Positions 18,363 to 25,825 of a stretch of 64,000 nt of DNA are shown piece after piece. The DNA lies in the IMG/VR virus record IMGVR_UViG_3300035492_000309, positions 1 to 64,000 of that record; one strand, 5' to 3'. How positions within the stretch are numbered: position 1 is the first letter of the stretch; the number at the start of each line of letters is the position of its first letter. The DNA comes from a virus. Below the pieces are notes generated by a model. The model saw only the letters and a program-made list of their open reading frames with translations. It did not search any database and had not been told where the DNA came from. The position numbers were made by a program, and so were the translations under genes.

Positions 18363-18475
18363 AAGAAAGGACTCCACAGGTACTCTGGGACTTGCATGCC
18401 CCACGGTACATGGAGTCACTGGTCGAGTATGTCGAACAACGCACCATGACCCAGAAGACTGAATGAGGCCAGTCC

Positions 18476-18859
18476 ATGAACGCCCCTATTCCAGTGAGTG
18501 TAAAGGTTGCAGTCAGTGATCTGTCCGGTCCACTATTGCGACACGCCATGGCACAAGCCCGCGGCGAACCGTTTGAAGTATTTCCACCGGTGTATGGATC
18601 GGGCCATCGCATCCTTGTATACAAGGACCGAGGATTCTACCGCCCGGATGTCAGCTGGGAGCAAGCCGGCCCCATCATTGACAAACATTGGCGCGAAATC
18701 ACAACCTGGCTCACCGAGCAGCATGGTGTTAACTGGCGTGATGCCATCGACGGTAAGCCCGGTGACATCCTCCTGTGGTTCTGCCGCGGCTTTGTCGGCA
18801 GTCGTCTAGGGGATGAAGTGACCCTACCTTTTGAATTGGTCAGTCATCCAAGTAGTTGA
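18476..18859 (+). CDS. NinX/DUF2591-like protein
   Basis: VSDLSGPLLRHAMAQARGE ... YRPDVSWEQAGPIIDKH matches the DUF2591 pattern (L.G..LD.AVA.A.G ... P..dW.q.GplIe). Confidence 0.4.
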   Translation: MNAPIPVSVKVAVSDLSGPLLRHAMAQARGEPFEVFPPVYGSGHRILVYKDRGFYRPDVSWEQAGPIIDKHWREITTWLTEQHGVNWRDAIDGKPGDILLWFCRGFVGSRLGDEVTLPFELVSHPSS

Positions 18860-18862
18860 GTA

Positions 18863-19051
18863 ATGAGCAATAAACCCCCGGATCAGGAACCTCACTGGTA
18901 CGCAGTCCTGGTCGCTGTGTTGTGTGTGATCTCCTTGTGGGTGCTTTACATGATTGCCCAGACAACCTTGGAGATGGAGGCGGCTGTCAGACAGCCGCTA
19001 CCCCTAACTATCGAACAGTCAAAGGAGACCTGTCCATGCGGGCAGAAGTAA
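18863..19051 (+). CDS. small membrane protein (62 aa)
   Basis: HWYAVLVAVLCVISLWVLYMIAQ transmembrane helix. Confidence 0.55.
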   Translation: MSNKPPDQEPHWYAVLVAVLCVISLWVLYMIAQTTLEMEAAVRQPLPLTIEQSKETCPCGQK

Positions 19052-19530
19052 AAGAATATTTTGACGCGCTCGAACCCCTCCTCCAGGCTATGAAACCGGA
19101 TGAGCAATCCAATGAGGTAATGATTGACTTCACCGAGTTTGGTAAAGTCTCGGTCGAAGTGCTGACCCGGCTGGTCAATCTGCTCAATGGTTCGCACAGC
19201 TTGACGATGCACGAGGCATTGAATGCAGTGTGCGATATCTTCGCTGACCGGAAGATCATCTGTCTGCTGCAGACACCAATCTATAGCAGTTTCAAGATCA
19301 TCGTCAATCGACAGACAGCATTTATCAATATCGTCACCGAGAACTGCGGGCGTTACGATTACGCAGTCAATATACAGGGTCTGGCGCAACGCATGTACCT
19401 GTGTAATCTACTCGGTGCTATCAGTGTCAAGGTGCCGGTGCGTAAATTCCTGCACAAGGATTTCGTTTTCGAATTCGACGGCGAGAATTTCCATCTCAAC
19501 GCTATCGATAACACCCCAGCCACCGCATAA
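19036..19530 (+). CDS. hypothetical protein
   Basis: ATG 19036 after AAAGGAGA, in frame with ORF 18922. Confidence 0.65.
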   Translation: MRAEVKEYFDALEPLLQAMKPDEQSNEVMIDFTEFGKVSVEVLTRLVNLLNGSHSLTMHEALNAVCDIFADRKIICLLQTPIYSSFKIIVNRQTAFINIVTENCGRYDYAVNIQGLAQRMYLCNLLGAISVKVPVRKFLHKDFVFEFDGENFHLNAIDNTPATA

Positions 19531-19593
19531 GGAGTCCATGACCATGCAGCGACGTAACCCACATCCTGTTACATGCCAGTCTGTGGGGTTGGT

Positions 19594-19848
19594 ATGACTG
19601 ATTATCAGATAGGTGACATCAAAGTCAGCGCCGGGGCGCTCGATGTGATGTACAAACTGCATTTCTACGGTCCTCAGGAAGACGGCGACCTTCCCAGTAA
19701 AGCAGGGATGTCCGAACTCATCACGATCGGCGTGGCCAAGAAAGATTACACCAAACGTCAGTCGAACCTCCTGACTGACAAAGGCATGGTCATGGCAGCC
19801 ATGCATTATCGTGATAACCCACCCGAACATAGAGGAAGCAACTCATGA
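19594..19848 (+). CDS. hypothetical protein
   Basis: ATG 19594 in ORF 19573; ATGA overlap with the next gene. Confidence 0.6.
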   Translation: MTDYQIGDIKVSAGALDVMYKLHFYGPQEDGDLPSKAGMSELITIGVAKKDYTKRQSNLLTDKGMVMAAMHYRDNPPEHRGSNS

Positions 19849-20141
19849 TCAAGATCCCGCAGACAATGACCCGCGCTGAACTGGAAGCGTACAAGGATCA
19901 TCCTGAAGTCAACTGGGCGGCGGACTGCATTGACAGTGTTGACGGTGAATTCATTGTCAGTAAAGTCAATGAATATACCGAACAGCACGGTGATGAAGAG
20001 ATCGTGATCACTGAGTGTGTGGGCGATACCGAGGAGTACGAAATCCGCATCGTGTTCCGGCCGAACGTGGAAGGTGGTAAGACGGACATTTCGGCACACT
20101 GCATCGCCGCTGGCGGTAATTTCGGTTTCGGTTCTATGTAA
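19845..20141 (+). CDS. hypothetical protein (98 aa)
   Basis: Coupled start; followed by hairpin 20154-20174. Confidence 0.65.
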   Translation: MIKIPQTMTRAELEAYKDHPEVNWAADCIDSVDGEFIVSKVNEYTEQHGDEEIVITECVGDTEEYEIRIVFRPNVEGGKTDISAHCIAAGGNFGFGSM

Positions 20142-20153
20142 CGCGGCATAATG

Positions 20154-20174
20154 GGTCCGGGGATTCCCCGGACC
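20154..20174 (+). terminator. hairpin
   Basis: GGTCCGGGG-ATT-CCCCGGACC. Confidence 0.45.
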
Positions 20175-20185
20175 TCTTGAACATA

Positions 20186-20401
20186 ATGGATTTTTTCTTG
20201 GCCCTACATTATTCAGGAGAACATTATCCCTTAGCGTGGAACCAGCATATGACTCGGGAGAACTTCGATAAGTTGTTCTCCCTCATCACCTATCATCTCG
20301 ATGGCGATCACAAATGGCGAGTGCCTTTATGCGACCTTAAAGAAGCCCTTGCTACCCTGCGCATCCCATCGGACACCCAAGAGAATAACCATGGAACATG
20401 A
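20186..20401 (+). CDS. hypothetical protein
   Basis: ORF opens at TTG 20177; first ATG is at 20186. Confidence 0.55.
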   Translation: MDFFLALHYSGEHYPLAWNQHMTRENFDKLFSLITYHLDGDHKWRVPLCDLKEALATLRIPSDTQENNHGT

Positions 20402-20660
20402 TGTCGAGAACACCGGTCCTCTGACTCCAGAGCAGTACGATGAATACACCAGCCATTCACTTCATGGCTGTGAGTTACATGACATGGAGGAGGATATCAA
20501 GTGGTATCGCAGTGTCCTGGCTAACACGCCGACCAGCGATCCTGCCTATGATCGTCTGAGTACTCAGTTGCAGATGACTGAACGTTACGTGCATCTGAAA
20601 CAGCGTTATGATCAATGGGGTACCGGCCCTGTGATTGATCTGACCGTGCCGCAACAATAA
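20391..20660 (+). CDS. hypothetical protein
   Basis: ATG 20391 in ORF 20301; overlaps the upstream gene end by 11 nt. Confidence 0.55.
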   Translation: MEHDVENTGPLTPEQYDEYTSHSLHGCELHDMEEDIKWYRSVLANTPTSDPAYDRLSTQLQMTERYVHLKQRYDQWGTGPVIDLTVPQQ

Positions 20661-20674
20661 TCTGATGAGGTCGT

Positions 20675-20697
20675 CAAGGGCGCAGACGGCGTCCTTG
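20675..20697 (+). terminator. hairpin, TATGTCG 10 nt downstream
   Basis: CAAGGGCGC-AGACG-GCGTCCTTG (one G-U pair); TATGTCG at 20707-20713. Confidence 0.4.
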
Positions 20698-20806
20698 TCG
20701 GCCCGTTATGTCGACCTTACCTAATGCAAGGATCATTAAGCATGTGTTTCGCCCTGGCTCAATTTGAAGTCTATCCTGAAATCGTTCTGAGGAAAATGAC
20801 GTGATC

Positions 20807-21034
20807 ATGAAAAAGGATAACCACGCCTTCATCCTCCTCGACCCCAGAATAAGGCGCAAGGTACGGCACATGTATCAGAACCTCTCGCTGGCCAAGAAGA
20901 TCGAATGTAGGCGCAGTATGGCGAAGACAGTCGACTCTCTCAGGAATGAATTCCCTCGGATATATCGGGAAGACGGCAGCATTGATATCTTTGAAGTCGC
21001 TAAGCGTTCCCGCTGGGGGCGTGGAGAATTGTGA
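20807..21034 (+). CDS. hypothetical protein
   Basis: ORF opens at GTG 20801; ATG at 20807. Confidence 0.55.
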   Translation: MKKDNHAFILLDPRIRRKVRHMYQNLSLAKKIECRRSMAKTVDSLRNEFPRIYREDGSIDIFEVAKRSRWGRGEL

Positions 21035-21555
21035 GTGATATGACAGAAGACGTCGTTAAGTATGTGTTCAATGACCAGGTAGCTGTAGCGTCGATGTGTC
21101 TTGATGCCGGTCTGCATAACGGCCGACTGGGTGCTATGCACGGCATTCTCGATGAAATCTGGGACGGACACAAACCCTCTCAGTACAAGGTTGTGGCCCT
21201 TGAGGTCAATGGCCGACTGGTGGGTTGTGCAGTGCACCATAAACGCACCAACAAGATCATGGCGTATGTGAAACCCACATTACGTCGTAAAGGCTATGGT
21301 ACGGAATTGATCCGTGCCTTAGAGCACCTCACTGGACTTCGACGAGACAAGTTTCAAGCCGAACTTGGTGAAGACGGCAGTGAGGTATTTTGGTCGGTCA
21401 ACGATGTGATTGTCTACGAGGACATTACATTGACGAACGATGAAACCCAGCAGGTGATCAGTGGCGAGCTGCCGATCAGAAAGCTGATCACCCGTAAACG
21501 CCGTGAGTTCCGACGAGCCTGGCTCGATCGGTTTTGCACACCGCAGAAGGAGTAG
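21031..21555 (+). CDS. GNAT-family N-acetyltransferase
   Basis: VALEVNGRLVGCAV...VKPTLRRKGYGTELIRALE is a typical GNAT motif A (R-x-x-G-x-G). Confidence 0.6.
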   Translation: MSDMTEDVVKYVFNDQVAVASMCLDAGLHNGRLGAMHGILDEIWDGHKPSQYKVVALEVNGRLVGCAVHHKRTNKIMAYVKPTLRRKGYGTELIRALEHLTGLRRDKFQAELGEDGSEVFWSVNDVIVYEDITLTNDETQQVISGELPIRKLITRKRREFRRAWLDRFCTPQKE

Positions 21556-21559
21556 TTCC

Positions 21560-21781
21560 ATGAGCGATATTCTTGACATGTCTATCGATGAATTCGATCC
21601 AGAGTCTCAGCACGACTATGGTCGCCTGTCAGCCCCAGGCGGTCCGTTGCACGGCAAGAGCAAAGAGTACATCTATCAGTATTACAAGGGGCTCATTGCC
21701 GATGAGCGCGAGCAGGAAGAGCTCGATGAAATCATCGGTCAAGAGGATGCTGAGGAGGATGCTGAAATAGGCCGTGATTAA
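21560..21781 (+). CDS. hypothetical acidic protein
   Basis: ATG 21560 follows the upstream stop; followed by intrinsic terminator 21794-21830. Confidence 0.6.
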   Translation: MSDILDMSIDEFDPESQHDYGRLSAPGGPLHGKSKEYIYQYYKGLIADEREQEELDEIIGQEDAEEDAEIGRD

Positions 21782-21793
21782 ATAATCACATCC

Positions 21794-21830
21794 GGTAGGG
21801 ATTCTATGAATCCCTACCCCATCCTTTTTC
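21794..21830 (+). terminator. intrinsic terminator
   Basis: GGTAGGGATT-CTATG-AATCCCTACC followed by CCATCCTTTTTC. Confidence 0.7.
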
Positions 21831-21842
21831 AGGCAATTAACC

Positions 21843-22208
21843 ATGTGGCAGTATTCCCTTACTTCAATCATCGCTCTGATTGGCACATTGCTAATCGCGT
21901 ACATTATTCACAGCACTCGATACCCTCAGATGTCGGGTGAGTTAAAGGCAGCAGACCAAGTCTGGCATTACCGGATTGGGCGTATTCCGTTTATCAACGC
22001 TGGACGTTTCTACCTTTGGGCGTTCGGTGCCTGGAATCCGGTTAATAAAGCCGATGTGACTTCATTGGCCGCCATGAGCACCAAACCAGTGGCCATCATT
22101 GATAAATCACTCGGTCGGCACATGCTCGACTGCGGTTTAAATTATCCGGCAGTGTACTTCTATCTTTGGTTCATTACCCACTATCTGCTAACAGGAGCAG
22201 TAGCATGA
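21843..22208 (+). CDS. membrane protein
   Basis: Hydrophobic N-terminus (LTSIIALIGTLLIAYII) and C-terminus (VYFYLWFITHYLL). Confidence 0.6.
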   Translation: MWQYSLTSIIALIGTLLIAYIIHSTRYPQMSGELKAADQVWHYRIGRIPFINAGRFYLWAFGAWNPVNKADVTSLAAMSTKPVAIIDKSLGRHMLDCGLNYPAVYFYLWFITHYLLTGAVA

Positions 22209-22510
22209 CCGACAGTCATATCGAAGATGATGACGTAACCGAGGGCGATGCACTGTTGTTCAACGCCACTGTTCGACTGCGCACGCAACTCAAGAAAGCC
22301 CGTGACCTAGTTGCGCAGGATGTCAGTCACTTCAAGAAGAACCATGCCTATCGTCTTAAGAGCGATCGACATCGAATCTTGCTGATCAATGATATCGGAC
22401 CCGATCCGGTATCACGTCTGCCAACAGGCTATGGACTGTTTATCACTGCCGATGGCTTCGAACCAGGTTATGCTGCTCTGGCAGACCTGCTCGAAGGTGC
22501 GTTCCGTTAA
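22205..22510 (+). CDS. hypothetical protein
   Basis: ATGA-type coupling at 22205. Confidence 0.6.
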   Translation: MTDSHIEDDDVTEGDALLFNATVRLRTQLKKARDLVAQDVSHFKKNHAYRLKSDRHRILLINDIGPDPVSRLPTGYGLFITADGFEPGYAALADLLEGAFR

Positions 22511-22523
22511 CAAGGAGGTTGCC

Positions 22524-22757
22524 ATGACTGTAAGATTGATGATTCCCAAGGCCGATACTCGCGCCGATTATACCATCGTTGCAGATGGTTACTACATCTC
22601 GGTTTCGGTGAGTGCTTGGTTCAAGCTGCGCGCGAAACTATCCAAGACCTGGGAGATCAGCGCACTTAAGGATTTCGCCATTGATCACGGCGTCGATCAA
22701 AACAGCGTCATCCGCATTCGTGATCAGCACGGCAAAGTGATCTTTTCCAAGCAGTGA
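22524..22757 (+). CDS. hypothetical protein
   Basis: AAGGAGG RBS before ATG 22524. Confidence 0.65.
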   Translation: MTVRLMIPKADTRADYTIVADGYYISVSVSAWFKLRAKLSKTWEISALKDFAIDHGVDQNSVIRIRDQHGKVIFSKQ

Positions 22758-22760
22758 CCA

Positions 22761-22788
22761 CATAGAGGCTCCTTCGGGAGCCTCTATG
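22761..22788 (+). terminator. 12-bp hairpin plus TATGCCG
   Basis: CATAGAGGCTCC-TTCG-GGAGCCTCTATG then CCGTCT. Confidence 0.55.
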
Positions 22789-22812
22789 CCGTCTACTCGA
22801 CAAGGGGGTACC

Positions 22813-23610
22813 ATGATCTATTTTCACGATGTAACAAACAAGCGAATTTGTCGCTTCGAATGTCTGCCGTTCGAAGGTCGGGTCATGATAGAGCTGTTTA
22901 CCAGGGCGGTTATTCGGCCAGTTAAAGCAGGTCGTGAATCGCTGGAAGAAGCTCTTACCAATGCGGTGGTGTTGGACGACTGGGTCGACATTTTACAAAC
23001 CCTAGACGACTACAGTAAGACCATGCGTAAATTGCATCGTCTACTGATTATGCATTCGACCAACCATGATGTCTTTGGTCCATCCGAGAAACAACGAGTT
23101 TGCGTTGAGGTGACAGATAAAGCCACCCGACTTGGAATGCTGGTGGTATCTGATTCCATGCTACGGGCGCTGGCTGTTCCGGTCGGCACTACGCTGTGCC
23201 TGAACGCTCAGGGACATCCAGTCCAGGGTGGTTCGCCTATACTGGTCACAACCTTGATCAGTGATATCGACACCTGGGCCAAGACATTGATTCGTCAACT
23301 GCCATCTGGGACGGCCATAGTCACACTGGCGCAATGGGAGCGTGGGTGGAATGAACAACTGGATGCAATCAGGCAGATCGTGCAGGTCGATGCTGACCGC
23401 CTTCCAGACGAGATAGATTGGAGTAGTCTCCTGTCAGCTGCCGAAGTGTTGAAAGTCCTGGGGATTGCTTCGACTACGTTGTCCCGTTACCGCGATGGCC
23501 GAGTCCCTTCCCACAAGCCTCCTTTTCCCAAACCGATTACTTATAAAGGCCGTTCCCCCTATTGGTGTAAGAGTCAAATCCGTACTTGGCGCGATAGCAC
23601 TCACCTTTGA
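22813..23610 (+). CDS. protein with C-terminal AlpA/excisionase-like HTH
   Basis: LSAAEVLKVLGIASTTLSRYRDGRVP..PPFPKPI...GRSPYWCKSQIRTW resembles AlpA/Xis-type DNA-binding domains. ATG 22813 follows AAGGGGG; the earlier ATG 22786 lies in the TATGCCG motif. Confidence 0.45.
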   Translation: MIYFHDVTNKRICRFECLPFEGRVMIELFTRAVIRPVKAGRESLEEALTNAVVLDDWVDILQTLDDYSKTMRKLHRLLIMHSTNHDVFGPSEKQRVCVEVTDKATRLGMLVVSDSMLRALAVPVGTTLCLNAQGHPVQGGSPILVTTLISDIDTWAKTLIRQLPSGTAIVTLAQWERGWNEQLDAIRQIVQVDADRLPDEIDWSSLLSAAEVLKVLGIASTTLSRYRDGRVPSHKPPFPKPITYKGRSPYWCKSQIRTWRDSTHL

Positions 23611-23613
23611 CAT

Positions 23614-23665
23614 CATGCAGGAGAGTCTTCGGACTCTCCTGCATGTATGCCGCCTCCCTTTTTTA
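23614..23665 (+). terminator. 14-bp hairpin plus TATGCCG plus T-tract
   Basis: CATGCAGGAGAGTC-TTCG-GACTCTCCTGCATG TATGCCGCCTCCCTTTTTTATTTT. Confidence 0.7.
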
Positions 23666-23729
23666 TTTTGGGCAATTCTATGTAAAAAAATACGAATATC
23701 CCCTTGTCGTACGATTAGGTAATCAAAAA

Positions 23730-24254
23730 ATGTCAACTAGAATCGAAGCCTTCAAGGCTAAGTTCATGACGCTGCTCACAGCAATCTCCGAAAAACTCGA
23801 CGACAAGCTCGGGAAGACGGAAGCAGCCGTCAGTGCCAATAAATTGAGTGCACCGTTCGAACTACGTGTGACCGGCGATGCCACTGGCAGTGAGATGGTC
23901 CATGGTGATGAAACTGTCGTTCTGGAAGTCACCCTGAGTGCCGTGGCGGAACAAAGACTACGTCCAATCACCCCGGTCAAGGAGATCGTTGCCCTGACCA
24001 TAGATCAGGTTAAGCAATACGACCTACAGACACTACTGGGCACTGCAGCTGCACTGTATGACCTGACAGCAGTCACCATCGAGGTACGTGTCAAAGACAC
24101 TATTGCAGGGTCTCCTACCCTCAATGCTTTTGTCAATGCCCATGCCTACGTGGTCTATGGAATCAAAGACGATCGTTATGTCATGGTGTCCAATGAATCG
24201 GGTAAGGCCATCGAGTGTTATGTTCGAGTGACAGTGCCGCCGAAACGTGTTTAA
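23730..24254 (+). CDS. tail-fibre-related protein sharing its N-terminal module with 25826-28072
   Basis: MSTRIEAFKAKFMTLLTAISEKLDDKL...SANKLSAPFELRVTGDATGS aligns with MSPQIQALKLKLTGLLTSISEQIASKL...SAYKLTNPFNLIVTGDATGT. Confidence 0.6.
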   Translation: MSTRIEAFKAKFMTLLTAISEKLDDKLGKTEAAVSANKLSAPFELRVTGDATGSEMVHGDETVVLEVTLSAVAEQRLRPITPVKEIVALTIDQVKQYDLQTLLGTAAALYDLTAVTIEVRVKDTIAGSPTLNAFVNAHAYVVYGIKDDRYVMVSNESGKAIECYVRVTVPPKRV

Positions 24255-24267
24255 GGGACTGTGAAAA

Positions 24268-25785
24268 ATGTCTAACGTATCGTTCGATAAACAGCCAGGG
24301 TTTTACGACGACCCTGCTACGGTCAATCTCGTGTTGTCCGATGCAGTGGAAAGCGTGCAGTACACGGTCAATGCCGGCGCACCGTCTATTTCCAAATACG
24401 TGGCCTACGACACCAGCAGTCCACCGGTCCCCTTTATTGCAGTCACCCAAGATGGTCTGGGCAATGTCGTGTACGACGGCGGATTCCCGAAGTTCTATAA
24501 CAGTGCTGCTCCGGCCGCTGGAACGCCCTTCGCGCAACTGACAGCCAGCTTTAAGTTCTTGTACAACACCCTGAACTTCATCGCCAACCCTGACAAGATC
24601 GCAGCAGGTAATCGCAAGGTTCTGCTTCTGGGCGACCAAACAACAGGCAACTACATGGTCAAAGACACAGCCAACAGCAGTGGCTTTGCTTTGAGCTTCA
24701 CTCGCCTGGCGCAGATTGCAGGTTTTGACCTGACCATTAAAGATGCCGCTGACTACCCCAACACCCAGCTCAACCCTACCTTGAGCGAGTTGAATCAGTA
24801 CGCTTGTGTCATCCTGATGTCGAGTACCAGTCTGGCCGGGTCCGATCGGATCACCGAACAGGCCATTGACGCTATCGTCCTCTATCGCGAGCAAGGTAAC
24901 GGGTTGTTTGTTGTCACCGACCATGGGGCAGTCATCAACACCATCGAAGAAGCCATTGTGTCGCGCGGCGGCTTCTTCAATATGGCTAACCGGGTAATCA
25001 CCCGTTTTGGTTGCTGGTTCTCAGGCGATTACAACCGGGTCCCGGTGAATGTAGGGTTCTTGCGCAGTACCTATGGCGATCATCCGCTTTATGCCGGGAT
25101 GACAGACAGCGAATCGATTTACGCCGGTAACTCTGAGAGTCGGGTATTCGTTGCCCAGACGCCCTCATACACACCGGGTAACGTACCTGCGTTTCAGATC
25201 GCCATAGGGCGCACTACCATTCAGGTTGCTGCTAACCTGAAAGACGGCAGCGTTGAGATTCTCCGAGTGTACTACTACGTCTTGGATTTCCAAGTGCTAT
25301 TTGGCAGTGCTGGGATCGGTGTGGTCAAGGGCGAAGAAATCGATGCTGGCCTGAGCAACGTGGTGGCCATCTCAGCTGCCATCAACGGGACCCCTCAAGA
25401 GACGGTATCGGGGATCGTCTACTTCAAAGATGTCCGCGTCGGTACAATCTCGTTCACCACAGCAGCCGGGTCACGGTTGACGTGGGACTCGGGTGTCTCG
25501 GGCACGTTCACGGTGCAAAACGGCGATGAGTTCAAGATCATCCTGACCGCGCCGTTGAACATGACCGCTGTACTTCGGGTCAAACGTTTCCAGCCTGAAT
25601 TGAACGTTACGCTAGTACCTGCGTCGTTTAAAACGTTGCAGGCTTACATGCCAACTGCCGCCCCTGTGAAACTGATGCGTCAGCTCTTTGCTGATCTTAA
25701 GACAGTGCCTGGTCATGCCACTGTCGAATTCACGCCGTCATTGCCACGGAACTTGCGTGCGTTACGAGCAATGTTTCGAACGTGA
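24268..25785 (+). CDS. putative receptor-binding / fibre-associated protein (505 aa)
   Basis: Sits between two fibre genes. N-terminus (FDKQPGFYDDPATVNLV....VQYTVNAG) resembles Fn3-associated (CHB_HEX_C-like) domains. Function unknown. Confidence 0.45.
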   Translation: MSNVSFDKQPGFYDDPATVNLVLSDAVESVQYTVNAGAPSISKYVAYDTSSPPVPFIAVTQDGLGNVVYDGGFPKFYNSAAPAAGTPFAQLTASFKFLYNTLNFIANPDKIAAGNRKVLLLGDQTTGNYMVKDTANSSGFALSFTRLAQIAGFDLTIKDAADYPNTQLNPTLSELNQYACVILMSSTSLAGSDRITEQAIDAIVLYREQGNGLFVVTDHGAVINTIEEAIVSRGGFFNMANRVITRFGCWFSGDYNRVPVNVGFLRSTYGDHPLYAGMTDSESIYAGNSESRVFVAQTPSYTPGNVPAFQIAIGRTTIQVAANLKDGSVEILRVYYYVLDFQVLFGSAGIGVVKGEEIDAGLSNVVAISAAINGTPQETVSGIVYFKDVRVGTISFTTAAGSRLTWDSGVSGTFTVQNGDEFKIILTAPLNMTAVLRVKRFQPELNVTLVPASFKTLQAYMPTAAPVKLMRQLFADLKTVPGHATVEFTPSLPRNLRALRAMFRT

Positions 25786-25825
25786 CGTTAGTCGTATGCC
25801 ATCCTTTTGTTAAGGTTGAATCTTC

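Noticed and set aside
22813-23610. Lysogeny module inferred from the AlpA/Xis-like HTH
   Set aside because: No integrase, repressor/Cro pair or att-like repeat is present in the window. A single HTH domain is insufficient.
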